DNA of 64,000 nucleotides from Leptolyngbyaceae cyanobacterium (GTDB taxonomy: Bacteria > Cyanobacteriota > Cyanobacteriia > Phormidesmidales > Phormidesmidaceae), in assembly GCA_965263355.1 (NCBI GenBank), contig CBDHHL010000056.1, forward strand, positions 736,001-800,000, read 5' to 3'. How positions within the stretch are numbered: position 1 is the stretch's first letter; each line of letters starts with the position of its first letter. A program made the position numbers and the translations under genes. A model generated the notes under the pieces. That model saw only the letters and a program-made list of their open reading frames with translations, was not told the origin of the DNA and ran no database searches. Of this stretch, positions 30,098 through 39,941 are shown piece by piece.

Positions 30098-30691
30098 TCA
30101 AATACTTACTAAGGCCTCGGCAGTCAGCACTAAGTCGGAAAATTCTCTGGAATTAATTGGCTCAGCGCTGCGATAGGTCTTTTCTTGGTAAATGCCGTCT
30201 ACTAGCTGTAGAACAGTTACCTGTGACTGGTGCGGGTCAACGATCCAATATTCGGGAATGCCCCAGTCTTGATATTGCTGGCGTTTCCAGACGTAGTCGC
30301 GTTTGTAATTGTCAGTATCAGGATTGCCGGGGCTGACCACCTCGACGACAAATCGGGGTGGTAATGAGTCTAGAAATAGGGCTGTGCGTTTTTTCAGGCT
30401 TTCAATACTTAAATGAGCTGGTTCCAGGATAGCCAGGTCGGGGCGGCGATTGCGTTTGTTATCACCAACAGGGTTAACTTCTAGCTCTAGTACGCCGATT
30501 TTGGCCAACCGTAGCTGAATGAAGGGCATCAGCTTTTCTAGCAACATCATGACGATGGCGCTGTTGATTTCTGCTTCGCTCGGCACGGCTACCAGGCTCC
30601 CATCGGCCAGCAGGTCATAGCGAATGCCGTCAGTGTCATTGCGTTCTAGAAATTCGGCGAAGGTGAGCGGTTTGGTTTTGGCTTGAGTCAT
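30098..30691 (-). CDS. Uma2 (DUF820) endonuclease
   Basis: RRPDL, VVEVVSPG, RDY..KR.QY..GIPEYWIVDP. Confidence 0.92.
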   Translation of the reverse strand: MTQAKTKPLTFAEFLERNDTDGIRYDLLADGSLVAVPSEAEINSAIVMMLLEKLMPFIQLRLAKIGVLELEVNPVGDNKRNRRPDLAILEPAHLSIESLKKRTALFLDSLPPRFVVEVVSPGNPDTDNYKRDYVWKRQQYQDWGIPEYWIVDPHQSQVTVLQLVDGIYQEKTYRSAEPINSREFSDLVLTAEALVSI

Positions 30692-30772
30692 GGGTTTGGC
30701 CCATTGGCTAAGTTTTAATTATAACGGTAGCTACAAGCATCTGTTCAGGTTCAAACCATGTTGTTATGTTTG

Positions 30773-31261
30773 CTAAGTATTTTCTTGAGCTAAAACGAGT
30801 GCCTGTTGATAGAGTTGATTGCTAATCCTGGTGCCATTGGCAATCAGAGCATCCAAAGCGTCTTTCACACTCTCTAATAACCCTCGTTGCTTTGCCAACA
30901 CAAGAATACCAACTGTACCTATTACAGGCAATTTACAGGCCAGTGCAAATCGTCGGGCAGCCCGTTCATCGATGAGCAGTTGATCAGCATTAAGTTGTTC
31001 TGCCAGAATCATGGCAGCCGACTCTCCTAGATGTAAACCAGTTTTGCTCTGTAATGTTTTGATTTGTTGGGCATCGTCTACTGGATATACCTCTAGCCAG
31101 TCTAAAAAGGGTACGACATTGACGGCTGGGTGGTTACCGGTCGTCAGTTCGTCGTAAACCTCTTGTGGAATTATTACTTGGCCGTATAGTTCAACGAGTA
31201 TATTCAGCTGTCCTACTTTGGCGAGTTCGCTTATGGGGGTGGTGTCTGAAACAACTATCAT
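30773..31261 (-). CDS. DUF3368 PIN-like toxin
   Basis: MIVVSDTTPI, LHLGESAA, LLIDERAAR, IGTVGIL. Confidence 0.88.
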   Translation of the reverse strand: MIVVSDTTPISELAKVGQLNILVELYGQVIIPQEVYDELTTGNHPAVNVVPFLDWLEVYPVDDAQQIKTLQSKTGLHLGESAAMILAEQLNADQLLIDERAARRFALACKLPVIGTVGILVLAKQRGLLESVKDALDALIANGTRISNQLYQQALVLAQENT

Positions 31262-31767
31262 GCAGCAGGGTGCTCAGGTTTTGACTGATTCAGAGCCTCA
31301 TTTGCTTGGTTGACCTGTTGTTCTAGTTCTGTTGGGCTGAGGGTGTCGTCAAAGACAGAAATATCCCATTTACCCATGTGTTCTAGCATATCTAGCCTTG
31401 ACATATCTAACAGGCTGGCGGCTTTGCCACTGCTGATTTCACCCTCTGCTAGAAGAGTCATGACGTAGGCTTCTTTGGCTTTTGTTAAGGCTTTTGCCTG
31501 GGCAGATTCGGGAATGTTGGTTATTGCCTGACCAATGGCTTTATCCATTTCCTGGGGTGTTTTGGCAGATCCTTCGTGGTGGAGGCATCCGGCGACATCG
31601 GCCAGGGTGGTCTGGGGAAATGGCGGGCAAATGGGTGTTTCTGATGTGGCTACTGTAGTCACTGGACGTCGTCGTTCGAGCAGGAAGCTCATAAAGTCGA
31701 GGACTTGCTGCTGGAGGGTTTTGGGGAGTTTACGCCAGGTTTTGAGCAGGTGTTGTTCGGTGATCAT
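31258..31767 (-). CDS. Chimeric antitoxin (DUF2281-like N-terminus + UPF0175 C-terminus)
   Basis: LPKTLQQQVLDFMSFL; GEISSGKAASLLDMSR. Confidence 0.7.
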   Translation of the reverse strand: MITEQHLLKTWRKLPKTLQQQVLDFMSFLLERRRPVTTVATSETPICPPFPQTTLADVAGCLHHEGSAKTPQEMDKAIGQAITNIPESAQAKALTKAKEAYVMTLLAEGEISSGKAASLLDMSRLDMLEHMGKWDISVFDDTLSPTELEQQVNQANEALNQSKPEHPAA

Positions 31768-31808
31768 GGGTTTGGCCCATTGGTTAGGGTTTTATTATAG
31801 CGGTGGTT

Positions 31809-32426
31809 TTATAGGTCGCCTCGGAAGGCACGTTGGAGGAGAGAGTTGAATAGGTTATTTGCTTCGGATTCAGATCTTTCTTGCTTTACTTTGCTTGCAG
31901 CAATCTGTTCAGTTAGTCTTCTAAAATTTTCTTGAAAATCTAAGGGTGGCAATGGCAGTGGCATCTTACGTAGATCTTTAACATTAAGATGTTTAGATGT
32001 GGAACCTCTCATCAACCTACCAAGCTGTTCAGGCGCGAGTTGCCATAATAAAAGTTGAAGAAGATAAGGGGAATTGATAGTTGATTTGTTAGGGCGAACC
32101 TGAACTAACCTTTGTCCCATACATAATTGCAAGCCTTGAGGAACTATCGCAGCAATACCAACAGTTCCTTCTCTACTCAGAATAATATCTCCTGGGAGAA
32201 CTTTAGATCTTGAGCTTCTACTTACGTAGTCATCTTGAGTTACATAACGTGTATCTCCCCAGCTCCAACCACCTTCCGTAAGATTTGATGTTCTAATACA
32301 AACGACCCCATGTTTAGCCCATTTTGGTGTGCTGTGGGGGCAATCAACAATCTGTTCAGAAACGGATTGAAGTTCATGGATAGACCAGCCTTTGGGGTTA
32401 CTTACTGGGTCGCCAAACATCTCCAG
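31809..32426 (-). pseudogene. hsdS: C-terminal half of a second HsdS (one intact TRD)
   Basis: Starts at central LEMFGDP..NPKGW; PLPPLDFQ; NLFNSLLQRAFRGDL; 5' half replaced by repeat array. Confidence 0.88.
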
Positions 32427-32700
32427 TGGGTGAATGGTACCTGTCCGAGCTGTATGGATATCGACAATAATGATTGGCAAATGGCGTTATTCCGCCCAGG
32501 GTTAACAGGCAAATGGCGGGGACCGCCCAGGGTTCAAAACCCAGGGCTAATTGGATCAAAACCCGCTAAAGGGGTTCAGGGTTTTGTCGCTTCAGCGACA
32601 GCCATCGATGAGCGCTCGTTTTTGAACCGTGCGTGGATGAATGGCATGAGCGACAGCCCCCAATTAGCGACCAGTTTTGAACCGTACATGAATGAATGGC
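32426..32700. repeat. REP/BIME-like array, right half
   Basis: Same spacer (CCTGTCCGAGCTG, GATTGGCAAATGGC) and hairpins as 16113-16554, in the same orientation. Confidence 0.9.
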
Positions 32701-32742
32701 CCATAGTCAGGATTGTGTGTGCGATCGCATAATCACAAACTA

Positions 32743-33153
32743 TTATTTGTCCGTTGTCTGCTCAAGCATCTCAATCACAGAACCTGTCGCATGATGTTCT
32801 TTTTGCTTTTCAACATACCGAATAGCGCTGTCGAGCTGCCTACGGCCTAACGAAAAAACACCATATTCCTTTTGCCAGTAAAACTTATTCATTGTGGGCA
32901 ATCGCTGGTTCAAAGTATACGAACTGCCACCCTTCAGCTGCTTGACCACCTCAGACACCGAACGATGTGGCGGAATCGATAAAATCAAATGAATATGATT
33001 TTCAGTGCCGTTAACTGCATGGGGAATGCACCCCAAGCGATCAGCTCTACTGCGAATGTCTGGGTAAAGTAGTTGCTCGTGGGTCTCTGTAATTAAGGAT
33101 TCTCGATTTTTAGTAGACCATACAAAATGATAGTAGAGCTGCCAAAGCGACAT
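32743..33153 (-). mobile_element. tnpA: IS200/IS605-type HUH (Y1) transposase TnpA, REP-associated (RAYT-like)
   Basis: YHFVWSTKNR, HIH (HUH), KGGSS, WQ..YGVFS, YVEKQKEHH; no tnpB; adjacent to the hairpin array. Confidence 0.9.
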
Positions 33154-33223
33154 GGAATGGGCGTTACGCTGCTACAACAAGTAGAGAAGGCCCTGGTGAG
33201 ATATGGATAGCTGGTTCAGGTTT

Positions 33224-33721
33224 TTAGGATGACTGTGCCAGCGTTGACGCTACGGATAGATGAAACCGATCTCCGGCATCTTCCAATTGAAAATCAAGGA
33301 TATAACGTCGATTATTGGGAAACAGTGCTAGTTTTCGGGCTACCATCTCATCCATCAAGTTATAGAGATCTTGTCTGGCAGTTGCTGGTTTACCCTTCAT
33401 AAGGTCCTTAAACAACTTATCGAGGGCTGATTGCCGTTGATACTCAGGAATAATGGCTAAATTCCAGGCAATGATAGCCATCTCAAACACCATTTTCCGC
33501 TGTTCAAATTCGTCTGCCTCTGGTAGATAAGGTTCAGCAAAATCTTCTAAAACTTCAGACATTTTGACTTCACCCTTAGGATTTTTCACAATGTCTGTAA
33601 AGCTATTGGCTATGTCCCTTTGCTGAAACGTTTTCTCAAATTTATTCAGCGCCTTTTCTCCACGGTTGATCAATTTCTGCTGCTTCAGAAGTGAGCGAAA
33701 CCCTTTCGACTTTTTAGCCAT
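33224..33721 (-). CDS. Hypothetical protein
   Basis: 165-aa ORF, KMSEVLEDFAEPY...AWN motif. Confidence 0.65.
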   Translation of the reverse strand: MAKKSKGFRSLLKQQKLINRGEKALNKFEKTFQQRDIANSFTDIVKNPKGEVKMSEVLEDFAEPYLPEADEFEQRKMVFEMAIIAWNLAIIPEYQRQSALDKLFKDLMKGKPATARQDLYNLMDEMVARKLALFPNNRRYILDFQLEDAGDRFHLSVASTLAQSS

Positions 33722-33793
33722 GGTAAGTGTTCTCTACGGAAAGACAATATTAGTTTGAATCGATTGGTTAATTGTGGCGTAGTAACACGCGCT

Positions 33794-35209
33794 TCAAAAT
33801 CTTTTACCTTTCTTTTTCTTTTTAGCCCCTTTACCTTTCTTTCCCAGCGCCTTAATCTCCTGCAATGGGGACTTGCGAGACTTCATGGGCTTAAAAGGCT
33901 TTACAGGTGTCGGAGACTCAGCAGGTGCTTTGCTAACAGAAGACGGCTGCTGCTTGGGTGCCATTTTTTTCGCCATATCTGAGACCTTAGCTTCCCATTT
34001 GCTCTTTTCGACAGGCTCATTGCTTAACGGTTCAGACTGATTAAACGTGTCCGCAAACCGTTTAGCTTCTGCCTCAAAATCTGCCTCAGCTTGATAGGCT
34101 GGCTTACCCCAACGATGGATAAAGCCATACCGCCAGAGCTTACCTTGCCAATTCTTTAGCAAAGTTCCCTGCAGATTAGTTGCCACCTGAATGGCCGACT
34201 CATATATAGAGTCCGTAATTATCCCTGCCGTGCACAAAAAGTCATACACATGAGGAATCCCCCACAGCGTGGCAAATCCCTTCGCTTGATAAGACGACAA
34301 AAAGCCTCCAATCAACCCACCCAAATAGCGATCAAGGTGCTTCACATTAATACTAAAGAAAAAGTCTGGATGGGAGAGTTGTTTCTTCGATAGATCTCGT
34401 TCTTCCAAAAAACTCATTACCGCTGACCAAATCGCTTGGCTACAAACAAAACTCAACTGATGCCGTTCTGCCATATGGATATTGAATCGCAGTGACAATT
34501 GCGGAAAGACTGCACTGGGTTCCTTTTGAAACAACGCTATGATTTTAGGGCCATCCAGCATCTGACCCGATAGGTTTTGGGCGATTTCCTGGCGTATTTC
34601 TGGTGTATTTTCAAAGCAAAAAGGCTGAGCTTCTTGCGCCCAGGCTTCCCAATCCACTGGACTGCCTTGCTGGTGCTGATTATAGGCTTGCTCCAACAAA
34701 TCAGCCATAACCACTGCTCCAAATTCATCTTCTGAACCTCCCATCAATTTTCGAGAGGTAGCTACAGTTTTATAAACAGCACGGCTAATCTTAAATGCCT
34801 GATTTCGGGCGTCATAAAAGCGTAAATCATCCAGCATTGGCAAAAGCGAATCAATGCTTTTAACGGGTTCTTGTTGATAGCGATCTAACGCGGGAGCAAT
34901 GAAATCTAACTCACGCTTAAACAACGCTACTCGAATGGGGAAATTATCAAAATACTGGAACTCCTGTTGATATAGCTCCGGTTGCTGCTCCTGCAAGATC
35001 GTCGTGAACGCCAGTGCCTGCTCAATTAAGTTGTTATCCTCCAACAAACATTCCACATCTATCAGCAGGGACGCAAGGTCTACATCTTCCGCAAACTCGA
35101 ATGGAATGGGTTTAGAAATGATCTCCAGTAAACACTGATGCTGCTCTTGGGGAGATGCTTCACTAAATTGTTCATACCATTGGTCGAAATCGTCTAGGAA
35201 TAGAGACAT
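33794..35209 (-). CDS. Hypothetical helical protein with Lys-rich tail
   Basis: ~471-aa ORF. Confidence 0.65.
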   Translation of the reverse strand: MSLFLDDFDQWYEQFSEASPQEQHQCLLEIISKPIPFEFAEDVDLASLLIDVECLLEDNNLIEQALAFTTILQEQQPELYQQEFQYFDNFPIRVALFKRELDFIAPALDRYQQEPVKSIDSLLPMLDDLRFYDARNQAFKISRAVYKTVATSRKLMGGSEDEFGAVVMADLLEQAYNQHQQGSPVDWEAWAQEAQPFCFENTPEIRQEIAQNLSGQMLDGPKIIALFQKEPSAVFPQLSLRFNIHMAERHQLSFVCSQAIWSAVMSFLEERDLSKKQLSHPDFFFSINVKHLDRYLGGLIGGFLSSYQAKGFATLWGIPHVYDFLCTAGIITDSIYESAIQVATNLQGTLLKNWQGKLWRYGFIHRWGKPAYQAEADFEAEAKRFADTFNQSEPLSNEPVEKSKWEAKVSDMAKKMAPKQQPSSVSKAPAESPTPVKPFKPMKSRKSPLQEIKALGKKGKGAKKKKKGKRF

Positions 35210-35348
35210 AGCAAACCGATAGCAAATGTGCCTTGGTTGTATGCTATCGCAATCCTGATATGTTCCTGATATGTTCCTGTAGCTACACCTTAATGTTTTA
35301 ATACGGAGCAATAATAATCACGTTAAGGTAAGTAAGGGCGCACTTCAG

Positions 35349-36213
35349 ATGGCTAAGGTCAAAAAGTCGGAAAACGTACCCAAGGCCATGCAGGCCAAGT
35401 TCGACAGCATTGTGGCCATTACCGACGAGTTTGCCAACCAACATCTGAATGATGAATATGCTCAATTTATTCGCTATGCCGTTGCAGCCCTATGTCGCAA
35501 ACGACCATCGCCGTTAGCCAAGGGGCGCGATAAAACCTGGGCCTGTGGCATTACCCACGCTATCGGTATGGTCAACTTTTTGTTTGACTCATCCCAGAAC
35601 CCACATATTAGTGCCAAGGAGTTATATAAAGCCTTTGGTGTAAGCAGCAGTACTGGACAAGCCAAGTCAAAGCTGGTGCGCGACATCCTCAACACCCATC
35701 AGATGGATCCTGACTGGTGTCTATCTAGTAAGTTAGACAATAACCTGATGGCCTGGATGATATCGGTGAATGGATTTATGGTAGATGCCCGCTCAATGCC
35801 TCAGCATATCCAAGAGGAGGCCTTTGCCCAAGGCTTGATTCCCTATCTTCCTGACAGTGGTCCTGATAGTGAAGAGACTACTCAGGTAGATTCCTCGACA
35901 CTAGTCCGTACTAAAACAAACGCAACGCAGCAATCAGATGACACGGGGACGGGGACCCAATGCCCCTAATGCAACCAAATATGGGGTGCCAATGCCGGGT
36001 GACCCTAGTTCTGTCAACGATGTTGCTAAAGCTAAGATGGCCTCGTTAGGGCTTTCTAAAGAAGACAGCTTTGGATATTGGTTTGATTTTGGAGATGACT
36101 GGTGGCATCAGGTGAACGTCATCGATATTAAGGCCAAAGCCCCTAAAGGGAAATACCCCAAAGTAACCAAAAGAGTTGGGGCTAGCCCACCTCAATATGC
36201 CGAGTTTGACTAG
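35349..36213 (+). pseudogene. DUF6398 + pRiA4b ORF-3-like fusion gene broken near 35940
   Basis: LCRKRPSPL..G...WACGI, VNFLFD in the first ORF; YWFDFGDDWWH, YPKV...G.SPPQY in the second frame. Confidence 0.65.
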
Positions 36214-36346
36214 GAGTCACAGCAAAAGAAAGAACAAAAAACTTCTTAAACATTTTGCAGTTAAGCCTGTAGCCAATTTACATCTTCCTTAGAAAAAGCT
36301 GGTGAGCGATCTGTGGAAGAGATGCTTGAGCCGGACGCCTCAAGGC

Positions 36347-36521
36347 TCAAGGCAAAATCTCTTGATAAATCAGCTTGGCTATGACCAAGCCCCCGTGCGA
36401 ACTCATTCGACACAGACCTAAATCATTCAAAAATTGCACATCATCCTGGGGAATATCCCTCAGTTCTTGACCCGCTAGCATCGGTTCAATCACAGCCCGC
36501 ACCCGATCTTCTCGCAAAATA
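36347..36521 (-). pseudogene. C-terminal fragment of AAA-like ATPase
   Basis: LREDRVRAVIEPMLAG...DDVQFL.DLGL...GGLVIA..IYQEILP. Confidence 0.5.
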
Positions 36522-36824
36522 CAATCACCGCTCGTCCACGACCTCGATAGCGGGGGGCCGTCAGTTCCCGATGACGATGCATCAGCACGTCGCGAGACCA
36601 AGGCGCTTCAAACACCGCTTCATGCATCGCTCGACGACTCACTTGCCGCCCCTCTGGCCAGACGATTTGAGCGTATATCCCTTGAAGGTCTTATTCGGGC
36701 TTAACAATAGACCATTGATATAACGGCTGACATGCTCAAATCCGGCGTTCCGGAGAAACACCTCGCGATAGTCCTGCAGAAAGCCCTTTATGGTAGACCC
36801 AATCCCAACCAGCGGACAATGCAT
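36522..36824 (-). mobile_element. Transposase N-terminal fragment (IS701-like), frameshifted
   Basis: PLVG...YREVF.R.AGFEHVSRYINGLLLSPNKT / QGIY..VSRRAMHEAVFEAPW. Confidence 0.5.
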
Positions 36825-36884
36825 CGATACAGTTCCAACCACGGTCCAACTATTGTCCCAGATAGTCGAACGACCTAACCTTCC

Positions 36885-37048
36885 AAGTCGTGTTTTGACC
36901 CATTTTTTACTACTAAACCTGTAGGTGAAGGCACTGGCCTGGGGCTTTACATTTGCTATCGAATTATTGTTGAAAATCACAATGGCCAACTAAGGTATCA
37001 CTCTAGGGAGAATAAGGGGACAGAGTTTGTGATTACCTTACCGTTCTA
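36885..37048 (+). pseudogene. Histidine kinase HATPase_c C-terminal fragment
   Basis: [31 protein letters not shown]...GTEFVITLP. Confidence 0.8.
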
Positions 37049-37877
37049 ACAATAACTCGCCTTGAAGAACGGTGACCGCTTGCCCGCTAATGTAAATTCG
37101 CTCCAGTGTACATTCTACATGGAGTACGCCACCTCGTTCTGATGCCTGGTAAGCGAGCATTTTGTCTTTGCCGAGTTTTGCTTGCCAGTAGGGTCCTAAA
37201 GAACAGTGGGAAGAGCCCGTTACTGGATCTTCAGGAATGCCCATGGCTGGTACAAAATAACGGGAGACAAAGTCGTAGGGAGATTCTCCGGCACTGGTAA
37301 CAATTACGCCTTGGTAAGGCAATTTGGCGATTTTATCTAGATCTGGGGTGAGGGTCTTAACGGCTTGGTGCGATCGCAATTCCACCAAATAATTTACCTC
37401 ATTTCTAGCCCCATGGACAATATCGGCATGGTTCAGGGCCGCCACTAACGCCGGAGAAATCGGTGCATCATGGACAGGCTGAGCCGGAAAGTTCATTTGA
37501 ATCAGCTCTCCATTGCGCGAAGCTAATAGCTCACCGCTCTTGGTCTGAAATCGGGCAGTAATCTCAGGAGACAGATAGCCTTCAGTCCAGAGAATATGGG
37601 CACTGGCCAGGGTAGCATGGCCACAGAGGTCAATTTCAGCAACAGGTGTGAACCAGCGAAGACTATAATTGCCTGCTGCGTCTAACGGATAGAGAAAGGC
37701 GGTTTCCGATAGGTTCATCTCCGTTGCAATCTGCTGCATTAGCACTTCGTTCAGCGGTGCATCGCTAACACATACCGCTGCTGGATTGCCCGCAAAGGGG
37801 TTATCGGTAAAGGCATCCACCTGAAATATAGGCTGTCGGATACAACTTTCGGACGCTGCAACATCTGATTGCTTCAT
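37038..37877 (-). CDS. PhzF family phenazine-biosynthesis-like epimerase
   Basis: [37 protein letters not shown]. Confidence 0.95.
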   Translation of the reverse strand: MKQSDVAASESCIRQPIFQVDAFTDNPFAGNPAAVCVSDAPLNEVLMQQIATEMNLSETAFLYPLDAAGNYSLRWFTPVAEIDLCGHATLASAHILWTEGYLSPEITARFQTKSGELLASRNGELIQMNFPAQPVHDAPISPALVAALNHADIVHGARNEVNYLVELRSHQAVKTLTPDLDKIAKLPYQGVIVTSAGESPYDFVSRYFVPAMGIPEDPVTGSSHCSLGPYWQAKLGKDKMLAYQASERGGVLHVECTLERIYISGQAVTVLQGELLLER

Positions 37878-37980
37878 TAGAATTAAAACCAGTTATAGTG
37901 ACCCATTCAGAATTGTGACATGGATAAAAGCACTATCGTAAAATGCCGTCTTTCCTTGCCACCGAACTAGTATTAGAGAC

Positions 37981-38598
37981 ATGAAACCGTCAGAATCCTA
38001 CTCAAATTTTGAGGCCGCTGATATGGCTGCTCTCTATGCCCTTGATGTGCTAGAGGCAGACGAACGTGCACGGTTTGAGCAAGCGTTATTGGATAGTTCA
38101 GAGTTAGACCAAGCGGTTTATGAGTTTGAAGAGACTGCGGCTACATTGGCTTATGGTGCCACTCCTATGCCAATGGTGGCAGATTTAAAGGCTCGCTTAT
38201 TTAAGCGGATTGCGGACCAGCCCATCGGTGCGAGTTCAGACTTGTTGCAGCTATAGAGGGGACCTATTGCTGAGCTAAAGCAAACGGCAGCTGAGTTGGA
38301 CTGGTCTTTATTACCTGGCAAGTCTGGTGTAGAAGTGGCTACCTGGCAGGTGAATGAAGATTTCCGTGAGGCGGCCTTTTTTGCTCGGAAGATTGGGGCG
38401 GGTTTGTTTCCAAATCATTACCATGCCAGTGGAGAGACTGTGCTGGTGTTGGAAGGAGATTTTATTTTTGATGGGTAAGTGTACTATGCAGGTGAACAGG
38501 TATCTGCACCTGGCAAGACTAGTCATCAGCCAGAATCGTTAACAGGTTGTTTACTGTTGTGTGTATCGTCTATCGACGATGACATTTTGGATATTTAA
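37981..38598 (+). pseudogene. ChrR-like cupin anti-sigma factor with two in-frame stops
   Basis: AALYALDVL..DE anti-sigma start; H.H...E..LVLEGD and HQP.S.TGCLL cupin; TAG at 38254, TAA at 38476, same frame throughout. Confidence 0.8.
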
Positions 38599-38734
38599 TA
38601 GTGTTTTTGGGAGCGCTTTCGAATTTAATTCAGCCTGCTAATTTGGATGGGCATACTTCAAGATTGTCGTATATGTAGGTCGAGGTAGGATATGAAGTTA
38701 ACCTGCACAACCCAGATTGGTTTTGCTGACCAGT

Positions 38735-39379
38735 TTATGGATGAATCTGATTGAGGATCATGCGTAGCCGATCATAATCATCTTTCAACAGTGTTCCAAC
38801 CGTTCGTCCAGCTAACACCAACCAACTCCGATCAAACTGCCGCAGCTGATATACCTCACGAATGGCCGCTGCCACTAAGCTCTCACTCGGCACCGCACTA
38901 ACCTGCAACAGCGTCCGCAAAAAATCTAACTCCTCCGTAAACCCTATCACCTTATCTGGCTCACATCGATATACTGCTTGATGCACCTGTGGCGGTCGCG
39001 GCGGCAGATGTTGATAGCAACGCCCATCTTTACTAGAGGCTTCAAATCCGACAATTGCTACCCGAAATTCAGTTTTTAACATTGCAAAAATCTGGGGCTG
39101 CTGCTGCCGCAAATCCTCTAAGGTCATCCCCAATGCCCTTGCCCGATGCACCGAATCGATTGGGCTAGTGGTCGCATGGTAAACTACTCCATAAATTTGA
39201 TTGCCCGTTTCCTCATCAAACGACTTTACCCAGCTACCAAAGGGCGGCATCGACGGAAAACTCAAATCTTCCGGCTCCAAACATTGAGCCAAAAACTCCG
39301 TCGTCGCCGTTTCAATGACTTCAGCAATATGGGCCGGATGACGCTCACGGTCAGCCAACTGTGGCAAGGGAAGAAGCAT
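38735..39379 (-). CDS. HAS-barrel domain protein
   Basis: IAEVIETATTEFLAQC, PPFGSWV, QHLPPRPPQVH, LKDDYDRL. Confidence 0.8.
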   Translation of the reverse strand: MLLPLPQLADRERHPAHIAEVIETATTEFLAQCLEPEDLSFPSMPPFGSWVKSFDEETGNQIYGVVYHATTSPIDSVHRARALGMTLEDLRQQQPQIFAMLKTEFRVAIVGFEASSKDGRCYQHLPPRPPQVHQAVYRCEPDKVIGFTEELDFLRTLLQVSAVPSESLVAAAIREVYQLRQFDRSWLVLAGRTVGTLLKDDYDRLRMILNQIHP

Positions 39380-39519
39380 AGTTTCCAGAGACAGAACAAA
39401 TGTATCAACTACACTAGCACCGTGCTTGGAAGATGACATTCTACCGCAATAAAACGATAGTAGCCCCCCTTGTGGGAGCCCTGCTTAAGAGAATCGACCC
39501 AATGGTTATAGACCTCCTA

Positions 39520-39720
39520 TTATTTCTTTTTGCCTTTGCCACGTTTAGGCTGAACCACCTCAATTTCAGACATTCTGAAGGTCACTAATTTATCCCAATT
39601 ACCTCCCTCAAACAGCACAGCTACCTTACCATCTGTAATCCGCTGCACTAGTCCCTGAAACCCATAGTAAATATCGTTTACATTCGTCACCTTAACAGGA
39701 GAACCAGGCAAAATTATCAT
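39520..39720 (-). CDS. ndhS: NAD(P)H dehydrogenase subunit S
   Basis: ILPG..V.V....[31 protein letters not shown]. Confidence 0.95.
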   Translation of the reverse strand: MIILPGSPVKVTNVNDIYYGFQGLVQRITDGKVAVLFEGGNWDKLVTFRMSEIEVVQPKRGKGKKK

Positions 39721-39941
39721 TGGTATTGCATCACTAGAGTTTCAAATAACAGTGTAACGGTAGGTTGGGTTGAACAATGCCAAAATTTTGGTCCATATCT
39801 TAGTACCTTAGCCCCTCATGGCCGACCAAGCGATTTTGGAGAAAACCTTTGGCAATGTTCGGCTAACAGAGTTTTGAAAGGAGAGGTAAGCAATGCTGAT
39901 TTGGGACTAACTGAATCTACATTCCTGCTTGTCGCCTTTCT

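Noticed and set aside
25410..32426. Invertible hsdS shufflon between the two oppositely oriented hsdS sequences
   Set aside because: Their conserved regions differ (different type I subfamilies), no long inverted repeats are seen, and there is no site-specific recombinase
16040..37050. Classical integrase island with tRNA 3' duplication (attR)
   Set aside because: No tyrosine/serine integrase ORF, and I found no second copy of the tRNA 3' end by eye
37981..38598. Stop-codon recoding (Sec/Pyl)
   Set aside because: The two stops differ (TAG, TAA) and TAA is not recoded; TAG terminates other genes here
38735..39379. HerA-NurA-type defence/repair operon
   Set aside because: Only the HAS-barrel gene is present, among housekeeping genes
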